Virus genome (UHGV): UHGV-0084588
DNA length: 64,000 nucleotides
Strand: one strand, 5' to 3'
Source: a virus
Numbering within the stretch: position 1 is the stretch's first letter; every line of letters starts with the position of its first letter. Under the pieces are notes generated by a model. That model saw nothing but the letters and a program-made list of their open reading frames with translations, made no database searches and was not told where the DNA came from. Positions 1 to 8,655 of this stretch are shown one piece after another. The translations under genes and the position numbers were made by a program.

Positions 1-32
1 GCGGCTATTCTAATGATTAGGAGAATATAGAG

Positions 33-428
33 ATGACCGCAATATTAGGTATAATGTCAAGAAAAGCTGATGCCATTACGACATTTATTGACCAATATAA
101 CAACTCACCGTATACACGTCTTAGATTGCGTAAACCCCAGAATAGTACAGAATGGGTTCGCTGGTTTAATATTTGGGATAAAACAATAAGTAAAATCAAT
201 CCGTTATTCAGAATTAGGGTTGAGCCTGCTTATTGGATTGTAATGGAAATATCGCTATTACGTATTATCGAAAAACGTCCTATAGACGTAAAGACGATGT
301 TTGGGGTAGATACGTATAAAATGTTGAACAATGGTTTTGTGGGTAATGGGGAACACACGTTGTATCAAGCGATGCTGGAAATGTGTTTGTTCGATTTAGT
401 TACTTACGAATTGGGGATTTCAAAATGA
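33..428 (+). CDS. hypothetical protein
   Basis: 131-aa ORF; AGGAGA Shine-Dalgarno about 7 nt upstream of ATG; stop overlaps next start (ATGA). Confidence 0.6.
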   Translation: MTAILGIMSRKADAITTFIDQYNNSPYTRLRLRKPQNSTEWVRWFNIWDKTISKINPLFRIRVEPAYWIVMEISLLRIIEKRPIDVKTMFGVDTYKMLNNGFVGNGEHTLYQAMLEMCLFDLVTYELGISK

Positions 429-889
429 ATTGCTTCGAATCTAAAGAAATTGTTGAGTTGTTTAAGCAGCGTGAGAAAACCGCTTTCCGTGACCTGTACG
501 ATTCTGATTATCGTCCACTGTTTGCGGTATTAATGCGACTGGATAAAGAACCCGAAGTCGCGTTAGCAGAGGTACAGCACCACCACGTCAGTTTCGTATT
601 AACCGAAAACATGAGCCGGTGGGTAGATGCTATGCTGATCCGTATTGGGCTCTTGGAAACACCACACCGTTGGGAAGTGGTTATTCAGAAATCATTATTC
701 CCACGGGAAGACATTTTCAACAACTATCGTCCGAAACAGTATTACAACCACGACGGGTCGCCGAAACGTGCTTTTCTGGCACCGCAACACTTCGTAACCT
801 ACGTAACGTTGCGTTACAAAGACACCGTGGTGCCGTTTGACACCTACCTGGAAATGCGTGAGATAATTTTAGGGAAGAATCCGTCATGA
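425..889 (+). CDS. hypothetical protein
   Basis: Start moved from 383 to the in-frame ATG at 425, which overlaps the upstream stop (ATGA); translationally coupled chain of small genes. Confidence 0.55.
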   Translation: MNCFESKEIVELFKQREKTAFRDLYDSDYRPLFAVLMRLDKEPEVALAEVQHHHVSFVLTENMSRWVDAMLIRIGLLETPHRWEVVIQKSLFPREDIFNNYRPKQYYNHDGSPKRAFLAPQHFVTYVTLRYKDTVVPFDTYLEMREIILGKNPS

Positions 890-1368
890 TTCAATTTTCC
901 GTTGATGCAGAAAGATTGGCGTCATTTAAAGAGCGTGCTCAGCTTGCAATCAAAAACGGCTATATTGAAAAAGGAGTTCGTGACACCTGTAAGCTAATCA
1001 ACGACCATCCACATTTGGCGACAATGTGGAGTTGTGAAGGCCACGGTATGTATTCTAAGTCACCTGGAAATCTGCATATCGTTTTTGCAACAGACGCTAT
1101 TGGAAGTCAGATTCCAATGCAGATTATGTCTATACTTGCAAAATCGGATTTACCGAATTTCTGGAATCTTAGTTTGTGTCGTCTTTATATACCAGATGCG
1201 TACACGGATTTGGTATATCTTGAACCTGACTACGGATTAAATACCGACGACACTTCTTACTGGTCTTGGAAAATCGGATACATGTGCTTGATTAATCGCC
1301 CTGCGTTAGTTGAGACACGTCAAGCTCTTTATAAAGCATTTCACACAGTATTAGTTGAGAATAAATAA
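886..1368 (+). CDS. hypothetical protein
   Basis: 160-aa ORF; ATGA overlap with upstream gene; TAATG overlap with downstream gene. Confidence 0.6.
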   Translation: MIQFSVDAERLASFKERAQLAIKNGYIEKGVRDTCKLINDHPHLATMWSCEGHGMYSKSPGNLHIVFATDAIGSQIPMQIMSILAKSDLPNFWNLSLCRLYIPDAYTDLVYLEPDYGLNTDDTSYWSWKIGYMCLINRPALVETRQALYKAFHTVLVENK

Positions 1369-2060
1369 TGGCTACCAAACAAAAGAAACCTCGTAACAAA
1401 AAGTATAACCCGAAAGCAGCTGCTAACCGTACCGCGCACACCATCGCTGAAAATGCGTTAAACCGCATTACTTTCGTCGGTAGCTCTATTCGTCCTATCG
1501 GTCCGTACGCAGGTCGTGGTTTCCAGTTTACAACGTCACCGCGTATGCGCATGGCAGCGACTGATATGTTAATCGGTGGTCTGTTTGACGAACCGCGTAA
1601 CTGGAAACTTTGGGTTGCGCATCTCTACGAAACAGATAATGGTGTACAGGCAGAAACCATCGTTGCAACGCTTGACGACTACACGTTAAGTGATTTCTGT
1701 CAGCACGGTGACAAAATCATTAAATCGCTACGTGAGACAGAAGAAAACTACTTCGGTTACGCTTTCGTTGCTGCACCTAACGAACGTTATGATTTTGACC
1801 AGGGAGAAGAACGCTTACTGGAAAACTTCATGCATTCTGGACTGTTAGACAAATCCCTACACTTACCTGAAGAAGAACTGATGGTTACGCGTAAGGATAT
1901 GGTAACGTTGCTGTTAGCCGATCGTGGTCGTTTTGATGTTACCGAATCCCATGTACGTAAAGTACAGAAGCTCGTGGATAAGGTCGACGAAACTGACCTG
2001 GACACTAGTGAAGTCGCAACGCGTATCCAATCGGTAGTCAATCAGGAAGAGGATTACTAA
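1368..2060 (+). CDS. hypothetical protein with basic N-terminus
   Basis: 230-aa ORF; Lys/Arg-rich N-terminus (MATKQKKPRNKKYNPK); start overlaps upstream stop (TAATG). Confidence 0.6.
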   Translation: MATKQKKPRNKKYNPKAAANRTAHTIAENALNRITFVGSSIRPIGPYAGRGFQFTTSPRMRMAATDMLIGGLFDEPRNWKLWVAHLYETDNGVQAETIVATLDDYTLSDFCQHGDKIIKSLRETEENYFGYAFVAAPNERYDFDQGEERLLENFMHSGLLDKSLHLPEEELMVTRKDMVTLLLADRGRFDVTESHVRKVQKLVDKVDETDLDTSEVATRIQSVVNQEEDY

Positions 2061-2062
2061 AC

Positions 2063-2593
2063 GTGATAGCGCGACTTGCGAGTCGGTTTAAGCAACGTCG
2101 GGCAAAGGCGGTCGAATGGCCGCCTATTACGCATGACGAGAAAGTAGTTTCTTTTTTGGAATATAACAAAGACCTGAAAAGATTAGGTGAGTTAATGCAC
2201 TTAACGGAACGTCAGGTTTTTGCTAAGATTTCAAGTAGTGTTTTACGTAAACAGGTAATTCCACACCTATCCTTTTCAGGGCAGGTTTTTGCAATAGCGA
2301 CAGAGGAATTTTTATCGATAGCGGGGAATGAAACCCCACGTATACGGTACTCAGTTACAGGTTCATCAGATGCGGTTGGTACAGTTGATTTCGGACGGTT
2401 GTATCAGAGCATTAAAAGTACGGGCCATATACATGTTAAACGGGTATCAGAAACTTCTGTAGTGATTTATCACCGTACTGAGAATGATTTGTTCGGGCGT
2501 GTTATAAGGCTAACAAACTTACGCAGTTTTTACGTTGATTTGCTTACAGAGTTTTATCCAGAACCATGGTGCTTTATAGATGAAAATAAATGA
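2063..2593 (+). CDS. hypothetical protein
   Basis: 176-aa ORF with GTG start 2 nt after upstream stop; no strong RBS, so the start is uncertain. Confidence 0.45.
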   Translation: MIARLASRFKQRRAKAVEWPPITHDEKVVSFLEYNKDLKRLGELMHLTERQVFAKISSSVLRKQVIPHLSFSGQVFAIATEEFLSIAGNETPRIRYSVTGSSDAVGTVDFGRLYQSIKSTGHIHVKRVSETSVVIYHRTENDLFGRVIRLTNLRSFYVDLLTEFYPEPWCFIDENK

Positions 2594-2792
2594 CGGATAT
2601 ATCATCACGGCAATTGTTTCAACTGCGCTGATTGTAACAATGTTGATGTTCTACGTTAAGACTTCCGACGAATCACGTAAAGAATCTCTTTATCGTGAAT
2701 GTATGGCAGGTACTACGGTAGATAATCCACGCTACGCTGAATTGGTAATGGCGTGTACGGATTACGCTAAACGAATGGGAGGTGGAGGATGA
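2580..2792 (+). CDS. small membrane protein
   Basis: 70-aa ORF with one hydrophobic helix (YIITAIVSTALIVTMLMFYV); conserved Cys pair shared with the next gene. Confidence 0.5.
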   Translation: MKINDGYIITAIVSTALIVTMLMFYVKTSDESRKESLYRECMAGTTVDNPRYAELVMACTDYAKRMGGGG

Positions 2793-2986
2793 AAATTTGG
2801 TTACCGATTCTAGTTTTTATCCTTATCGCAGGAGCACTAGCAAGTGCTGAGTACGATAATCGTGTTCTAGAAACAAAGCGCGAACTGTATCAGGACTGTA
2901 TAAAGGATTACACACCGGGTACAGAGCTTCATGCACAGGCTGTAAAAAGTTGTGCACTGATGGCCGAATCGCAGACTCGTTCCTAA
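2789..2986 (+). CDS. small membrane/secreted protein
   Basis: 65-aa ORF; N-terminal hydrophobic segment (IWLPILVFILIAGALASA); similar layout to 2580..2792, likely a paralog. Confidence 0.5.
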   Translation: MKIWLPILVFILIAGALASAEYDNRVLETKRELYQDCIKDYTPGTELHAQAVKSCALMAESQTRS

Positions 2987-3360
2987 TGCGAATCTGGACG
3001 CTACAACTCGCTAAGTGGCGATTAGCTAAGCAGAAAGGATTTCGCGCAGTGGATATCACTGTGAAGTCAGGGCGAAAGGAACTCGCCCCAGACTGGGATT
3101 TCCTAATGGCGTATAAAAACTCTGCCCAAGACGCCGCCGCTGAGCGTGAATACACGATAAAGTATTTGTACAAACTCGAACGACTGTTAGATACCGATGC
3201 CGAAACGTTGGTCTCGTTGCTTAGACACGAAGATTTGGTTTTGATGTGCTATTGTCCCGCAGGTAAGTTTTGTCATCGTCACCTACTGGCGAACAAACTT
3301 CAAGAAGTGGGAATGACGTTCGGTATCGATGTTGAGTTATGTGGAGAACTAACGGTCTGA
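2986..3360 (+). CDS. hypothetical protein with Cys/His cluster
   Basis: Start set to the ATG at 2986 overlapping the upstream stop (TAATG); C-terminal CYCPAGKFCHRH motif suggests metal binding; followed by a strong terminator. Confidence 0.5.
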   Translation: MRIWTLQLAKWRLAKQKGFRAVDITVKSGRKELAPDWDFLMAYKNSAQDAAAEREYTIKYLYKLERLLDTDAETLVSLLRHEDLVLMCYCPAGKFCHRHLLANKLQEVGMTFGIDVELCGELTV

Positions 3361-3383
3361 TTTGATATTTAGCTGCAAAATGA

Positions 3384-3431
3384 CCGCCTACCGCCCGATT
3401 CTATGGGCGGTAGGTGTTTTTATTTTTTTTT
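3384..3431 (+). terminator. rho-independent terminator
   Basis: GC-rich inverted repeat CCGCCTACCGCCC...GGGCGGTAGGTG followed by a T-tract of about 14 nt. Confidence 0.75.
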
Positions 3432-3447
3432 GATCTGGGAGGTTTTA

Positions 3448-4008
3448 GTGACTGCTTACGTACCTGATTTAAGTTTGTCCTCAGCCGAACTAGTGGTCGC
3501 TTTAATCAACCACGATAACGGTTCACGGTTGTCTCTAAGCGAAATCCGTATTAGCAACACTACGGCAAACCCATCCCCGACCACTTCGCGTCGTAACACA
3601 CTGACAGAGATTACAAAAATCAGGAAACCTGATGGTGCTTCTGTAGTTGTTTATTACGACCGTTTGGATGCGGACGAAGTGTTAGCGTCTGAACCTATTT
3701 TGATTTCGTTAGATGGTACTGAAGACAACCTTCGTGACATTTTAGGTGTTGTAAATGAATTCTGCGGAACGAACTTACAACCCGAGGATTTACGTGCTTC
3801 AGATATCACCTTAGGTAAAGAACCCATTGCTGTCAACGTTGCTGACGATTCCCCTGCGTGGATGAATGCGTTTATGGTGACGTTATTTGATACAACCGAA
3901 CGGGCATTGGCAAACGAAGAAGATGCAATCTTCTGTATTGATGATGAGGCCGTTCTTACCTTTGAGGTTCCAGATGACGGTACGGCTGAAGAAAATCCGG
4001 CTATATGA
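3448..4008 (+). CDS. fibre-associated paralog-family protein (family A, copy 1)
   Basis: GTG start with GGGAGG RBS 5 nt upstream (the ATG at 3403 lies inside the terminator hairpin); paralogous to 10163..10678 (VPDLSL, LINHDNG, CG.NLQP.DL motifs) and more distantly to 18506, 19368, 22511 and 23107. Confidence 0.6.
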   Translation: MTAYVPDLSLSSAELVVALINHDNGSRLSLSEIRISNTTANPSPTTSRRNTLTEITKIRKPDGASVVVYYDRLDADEVLASEPILISLDGTEDNLRDILGVVNEFCGTNLQPEDLRASDITLGKEPIAVNVADDSPAWMNAFMVTLFDTTERALANEEDAIFCIDDEAVLTFEVPDDGTAEENPAI

Positions 4009-4078
4009 GCTTGACGCTTTTACTGGTAATGGAGGCCAAAGTAAACTTTTATCAAGACTTAGTAAACCCAGATCATGA
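3974..4078 (+). pseudogene. truncated remnant of a tail-fibre N-terminal anchor domain
   Basis: 34-codon ORF MTVRLKKIRLYELDAFTGNGGQSKLL... closely resembles the N-termini of the fibre at 4213 (MAKAVKKIRLHDLRPYTGDIGEGVLLF) and of 10678 (MAELVGKVRIHELETLSEDITGVVVLA); overlaps the end of 3448..4008 in another frame, as the intact pair does at 10678. Confidence 0.4.
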
Positions 4079-4157
4079 GAACGCGGAATTGGACATCACT
4101 TTCACGTTAGAAGTTGATGGATTAAAACCAGTATAATAATCCGCTTATAAAAATGTT

Positions 4158-4190
4158 GGGGAGGTGCTTTACCTCCCCAGATCTTTTAGC
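4158..4190 (+). promoter_or_regulatory. stem-loop upstream of the tail-fibre start
   Basis: Perfect 8-bp inverted repeat GGGGAGGT-gcttt-ACCTCCCC followed by a short T-rich stretch, after a TATAAAAA box; terminator or 5' UTR structure. Confidence 0.4.
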
Positions 4191-4212
4191 TCCAGATAGA
4201 GAATTAAATATC

Positions 4213-7200
4213 ATGGCTAAAGCGGTAAAGAAAATACGTTTACACGATTTGCGTCCATACACCGGGGATATCGGTGAAGGCGTTTTACTTTTTTCGAAAG
4301 ACGAAAAAGATTATAAGTTACCCGTCCGCGAAATCGTTGCGGATATTGACACCGTCAGAAACGCGGTTGCTGATGCACAAACAGCTGCAGCCAAATCGCA
4401 GCAGTCTGCAACAGAAGCTACGCAAGCAAAAAATTTAGCGGAAACCGCGAAGCAACAAACTGACACGTTAGCTTCCACAGTCAGTGAGCAAGCGGGAACC
4501 GTTGCCACTAAAACTGCTGAAGTTAACAAAAAACACGCTGAAGTTTTAGCAGCGAAAACTGCCGTAGATACTGTTTCACAATCAGTAAATGAGAAGGCTC
4601 AAGCTGTCGCCACATCCGAACAATCTGTGACGGCTACGGCGGCTGATGTAACTAAGAAAGCAGAAACGGTTACGCAACAGGCCGGACAAGTTCAACAGAC
4701 GGCTACCAGCGTTGAAAATACCGCAGCTTCAGTCGAGGCCAGTAAAGGTGCAGTGGAGAAAATCGCTGCACAGGTCGCGAAAGATAAAGAAAGCTCAGAA
4801 GGGGCAGCTACGCGTTCGGAGTCAGCTGCCCTACGTGCGGAGAAAATCGCTGCCCAAGGATTAGTTGACGCTACTACAACCGGTAAAGGTATTGTTAAAC
4901 TTAACGATACCCTGACAAGCGATTCCGTGACTGAGGCTGCTACACCGTCCACGGTTAAACAGCTGAACGACGATTTACAGTTAAAAGCCAATAAACATTC
5001 GCCGAATTTTACGGGTAACCCGACATCCCCAAAACCGCCGAAGGACTCGAATGACACGAGTATCTCCACAACGTCCTGGGTGCGTGACGCGATTGCGGAA
5101 TTGGTTGGTTCTTCACCCGAGACGCTAAATACCTTAGCGGAATTAGCTGAGGCGTTAGGTAATGACCCTAACTTCGCAACAACGATCACTGAGGAACTTG
5201 CGCAGAAACAACCTCTCAGCCCGTTACTCACCGCTATTGCCGCAGTCACCACAGCGGCAAACAAACTCATGTATTTCACCGGCAGTAATAAAGTCGGATT
5301 AACAGATTTTACAGAAACGGCCAGATCCTTGTTAGCGAAAGGGTCAACTGCGGATATCATTAACTTCCTGGGTTTGAAACCCACCGTTGATAAAGCAAAC
5401 GGCGCATTACAGAAAAACTCTAACGGTGCTGATATCCCAAATAAAGAAACTTTTGCTCGCAACATCGGCCTATCTCCTGATACCTATCTGCGTTTCCGTG
5501 GCGAAATGCCTGTAGATGCTGATATTAACACATTTGCTCCAGATGCTAATTACACAGGAACATGGTCCAAGTCGACATCAACCAATGCGTCGATGGCAAA
5601 ACACTTCCCAGAAGACGGTGCAGTCGGTTATCTGGAAGTGTATAAAGCGGGCAACTACAGTGGAGCGCAACGTTTTACCTGCCGTAATGGTAACGTGTAC
5701 AACCGTATGTTGTCAGGTGCGTGGAACGGAACTAATGGCCCGTGGTCACCGTGGAGAATGGTAACTACCGGTGTACGTCCGTTATCTACATCGATCGATC
5801 TGAACTCCTTAGGCGGCGCTGAGCACATGGGTAACTGGCGTAACTCGTCCAGTTCGTTAGCGGTGTTCGACAGACATTATCCTGAAGAGGGCGGTAATGC
5901 GCAAGGCGTATTAGAAGTCATGGAAGGCGGTCTTTATGGACGGTTGCAACGATACACCACACGACATGGTACGATGTATGTCCGTGGTTTGACTGCGACT
6001 TGGGATTCTTCTAATCCGCAGTGGGAAGATTGGATTCAGGTTGGGTATCAGGTAGACGGTGCCTACTATAAGGGTAGCTTTAACGACTTAACTAAACCGG
6101 GCCGCTTTAGTGTTACCGGTGAGGCTACAGACAGTCCGTTAACAGACTCTGCTGGCGCAACCTTGCTAGGTGTTTGCGAAGTTACCTTACGCTTAGACGG
6201 TTCAGGCGTTGAACAAAATTATACCACATACGGTACAGGCGCAACTTCGAAAGGTCGCAAGTTCCAACGAATTCGTACAGGAAACGCCTGGAGCGAATGG
6301 CGAGAGATTTTCACATCCTATTCACTCCCGTTGACTTTAGGGATCGGTGGGGTTGCTGCTAAGGTCGATCCGTTAGACTGGCAAACATTCGACTTCGTTC
6401 CTGGCCAGATGATAAGTACACCGTTGAATACCATGAAAAATATTCCTGCGGGAATGGATTGGGGTGTTATCGACGGTAACTTGGTCACTATTCTTGTAGG
6501 GGCGTCGGAGGACACCGGTACTGGCCGGAGTATGTTGGTCTGGCGTGGTACAGTGTCTACTGCTAACTATCGCTTCTTTGCTGTTCGCGTCGCTGGTGAA
6601 AAGGGTAAACGTACTATTACTAGCCGCCAGATGCCCGTATTGAATGCAGCGCATACGTGGGCAGAAAAACAGACCTTTGCAAAAGGGTTATCGGGCGAAT
6701 TGACAGGTAATGCGTCAACGGCAACAAAACTGAAAACAGCCCGTTTAATCGGCGGTGTAAGTTTCGACGGTAGCGGCGACATTAGCCTCCCTGGTGTGAA
6801 CCAACAGGGTAATCAAAACACCTCTGGGAACGCGGGAACCGCAACCAAATTACAAACGGCTCGAAACATCAACGGTGTGAAATTTGATGGGTCTAGAGAC
6901 ATCAATATCAACACGTTGGTAGGACGTGGACGTGTTACTGCACTGTCTGGTTCAAACAAAGGTACACCCGGTATTCAGATGTACGAAGTTTACAATAACG
7001 GTTATCCAACCGCTTATGGTAACTTACTGCATTTGGGTGGCGCTACTGCGCTAGGTGAAGGCGAGCTGTTAATCGGATGGCCGGGGACGAGCGGTGCGCA
7101 CGCGCCTGTTTATATTCGTAGTCGACGTGATACGGCTGATGCACCGTGGTCAGATTGGGCACAAGTTTACACTGCCCGTGACAGCATTCCTGGCGTAAAT

Positions 7201-8655
7201 GCCACCGGTAATCAAGATACTACCGGCAACGCCGCTACCGCGACGAAACTGAAAACCGCTCGCAGGATCGGAGGCGTTACCTTTGACGGTACAGGTGATA
7301 TCAATTTACCGGGCGTTAACCAGCAAGGCAACCAGAATACGACAGGTAATGCAGCGACCGCTACTAAGTTACAAACCGCACGTAAGATCGGCGGTGTGCT
7401 TTTCGATGGGACAAAAGACGTTAATCTTCCTGGCGTAAACCAAACCGGTAACCAATCGACTACGGGGAATGCGGCGACAGCGACTAAGCTCCAGACTGCG
7501 CGAAATATAGGTGGTGTAGCTTTTGATGGTACTAAAGACATCAGTTTACCTGGAGTAAACCAAACAGGTAATCAGGCGACTACCGGAAACGCAGCCACGG
7601 CAACAAAGTTGCAAACCGCAAGAACCATTAACGGTATCGCATTTGACGGCACTAGAAATATATCGTTAGGACCTGCCGATATAGGTTGTCCGGCATCGCC
7701 TAGTGGTTGGTTAGAAACTGGCAAAGATGGCGGCGCAATAACTACAGCACAGCTAGTGACGTTATTGAAAAATAACGGCGCATTTACCACAAGATCGTGG
7801 GTTGCTCGCTGTGCATGGGCTTATGCCGCTAGTGCGTCCATACCACACAGCGAGACGGGTTGTGGTGTTATTCCGTTAGCTGGGGCCGTTATAGAAGTGA
7901 TTAGTAACGGTAATAGCACAAACAACTACACGATCCGTATAACGACTGCCACAACGGCGAGCGTCGGTGGCGCACTCACTAATGCGGAGTTTATCTACGT
8001 ATTTAACGGCGATACATACTCACCAGGCTGGCGTCGTGCTTACAATACGAGAAACAAGCCAACTGCTGCAGAAGTGGGTGCACTACCTTCGGGGGGCGGT
8101 ACTATAGGCGGCGATTTAACCGTTAACGGTAAATTGGCCACTAAATACCCTGATTTTCGAATCGCTTACGGTACCTACGGTTTTATTTTACGTAACGACG
8201 GTGCCAATACCTATTTCTTAGTAACCGACGCCGGACAAGCCGCAACGGGTTCCTGGAACGGATTACGCCCGTTGTCTTTTAATAATTCTAACGGCCAAGT
8301 AAACTTTGGACATAACGTTACTGGCAACGGTAACGGTTCGTTTAACGACGTACAGATTCGTTCTGACCGTCGTAACAAACGTAATCTGGTGAAGCTGGAT
8401 AAAGCTTTGGATCGGTTAGAGTTACTAACCGGTTATTTGTACGAAATTCAGCATCCGGATGACGGCTGGCAGACTTCTGTAGGTCTAATTGCTCAGGACG
8501 CATTAGAAGCGTTACCTGAACTTGTGTCTGAGGATGATGATGCCATTTCAGGCGAAAAACGTTTACGTCTAAACTACAATGGCGTTATTGCGCTGTTAGT
8601 AGAGGGTATGAAAGCGTTGCGTCAAGAGGTTAACGAAATTAAAGGAAGATCCTAA
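4213..8655 (+). CDS. long tail fibre protein with C-terminal intramolecular chaperone (S74-like)
   Basis: 1480 aa from the ATG at 4213. N-terminal Ala/Gln/Thr-rich segment; four copies of a W-containing ~70-aa knob-like domain; six 40-aa repeats (GNQNTTGNAATATKLQTAR.IGGV.FDGT.D..LPGVNQ) of the phage tail-fibre repeat type; C-terminal ~97 aa (SDRRNKRNLVKLDKALDRLELLTGYLYE...) resembles the self-cleaving chaperone of T5 pb1 / K1F endosialidase. Confidence 0.85.
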   Translation: MAKAVKKIRLHDLRPYTGDIGEGVLLFSKDEKDYKLPVREIVADIDTVRNAVADAQTAAAKSQQSATEATQAKNLAETAKQQTDTLASTVSEQAGTVATKTAEVNKKHAEVLAAKTAVDTVSQSVNEKAQAVATSEQSVTATAADVTKKAETVTQQAGQVQQTATSVENTAASVEASKGAVEKIAAQVAKDKESSEGAATRSESAALRAEKIAAQGLVDATTTGKGIVKLNDTLTSDSVTEAATPSTVKQLNDDLQLKANKHSPNFTGNPTSPKPPKDSNDTSISTTSWVRDAIAELVGSSPETLNTLAELAEALGNDPNFATTITEELAQKQPLSPLLTAIAAVTTAANKLMYFTGSNKVGLTDFTETARSLLAKGSTADIINFLGLKPTVDKANGALQKNSNGADIPNKETFARNIGLSPDTYLRFRGEMPVDADINTFAPDANYTGTWSKSTSTNASMAKHFPEDGAVGYLEVYKAGNYSGAQRFTCRNGNVYNRMLSGAWNGTNGPWSPWRMVTTGVRPLSTSIDLNSLGGAEHMGNWRNSSSSLAVFDRHYPEEGGNAQGVLEVMEGGLYGRLQRYTTRHGTMYVRGLTATWDSSNPQWEDWIQVGYQVDGAYYKGSFNDLTKPGRFSVTGEATDSPLTDSAGATLLGVCEVTLRLDGSGVEQNYTTYGTGATSKGRKFQRIRTGNAWSEWREIFTSYSLPLTLGIGGVAAKVDPLDWQTFDFVPGQMISTPLNTMKNIPAGMDWGVIDGNLVTILVGASEDTGTGRSMLVWRGTVSTANYRFFAVRVAGEKGKRTITSRQMPVLNAAHTWAEKQTFAKGLSGELTGNASTATKLKTARLIGGVSFDGSGDISLPGVNQQGNQNTSGNAGTATKLQTARNINGVKFDGSRDININTLVGRGRVTALSGSNKGTPGIQMYEVYNNGYPTAYGNLLHLGGATALGEGELLIGWPGTSGAHAPVYIRSRRDTADAPWSDWAQVYTARDSIPGVNATGNQDTTGNAATATKLKTARRIGGVTFDGTGDINLPGVNQQGNQNTTGNAATATKLQTARKIGGVLFDGTKDVNLPGVNQTGNQSTTGNAATATKLQTARNIGGVAFDGTKDISLPGVNQTGNQATTGNAATATKLQTARTINGIAFDGTRNISLGPADIGCPASPSGWLETGKDGGAITTAQLVTLLKNNGAFTTRSWVARCAWAYAASASIPHSETGCGVIPLAGAVIEVISNGNSTNNYTIRITTATTASVGGALTNAEFIYVFNGDTYSPGWRRAYNTRNKPTAAEVGALPSGGGTIGGDLTVNGKLATKYPDFRIAYGTYGFILRNDGANTYFLVTDAGQAATGSWNGLRPLSFNNSNGQVNFGHNVTGNGNGSFNDVQIRSDRRNKRNLVKLDKALDRLELLTGYLYEIQHPDDGWQTSVGLIAQDALEALPELVSEDDDAISGEKRLRLNYNGVIALLVEGMKALRQEVNEIKGRS
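6689..6909 (+). repeat. tandem 120-nt coding repeats (block 1, about 2 units)
   Basis: Repeated nucleotide units encoding ...TGNASTATKLKTAR.IGGV.FDGS.DI.LPGVNQ...; the minus-strand ORF 6567..6782 is a shadow of these. Confidence 0.7.
7189..7669 (+). repeat. tandem 120-nt coding repeats (block 2, 4 units)
   Basis: Units begin at about 7189, 7309, 7429 and 7549 (CCTGGCGTAAAC / CCGGGCGTTAAC ... GGTAA.CA...AC.AC.GG.AA.GC.GC.AC.GC.AC.AA); the minus-strand ORF 7212..7541 is a shadow. Confidence 0.8.

Noticed and set aside
3403-3447. ATG at 3403 as start of the family-A gene
   Set aside because: It lies inside the terminator hairpin and T-tract; the in-frame GTG at 3448 has a GGGAGG RBS, and the paralog at 10163 starts at the equivalent residues.
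4153-4212. ATG at 4153 as start of the tail-fibre gene
   Set aside because: The first 20 codons span a perfect stem-loop and T-rich tract, and the N-terminus from 4213 is what the paralogous anchors at 10678 and 3974 share.
4311-5465. Minus-strand ORFs 4311..4529 and 4692..5465 (257 aa) inside the tail-fibre gene
   Set aside because: They lie antisense to a strongly supported 1480-aa CDS, are Ala/Ser/Val-rich as expected for the reverse complement of Ala/Thr-rich coding DNA, and lack an RBS; shadow ORFs.
6689-7669. Possible CRISPR array suggested by regularly spaced repeats
   Set aside because: The repeats are 120 nt with no unique spacers, lie in frame inside a long CDS and encode a known fibre repeat motif; no cas genes are present.
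6567-7790. Repetitive minus-strand ORFs 6567..6782, 7212..7541 and 7572..7790
   Set aside because: They are the antisense image of the 120-nt tail-fibre repeats, so their internal repetition comes from the sense-strand repeats and not from an independent gene.
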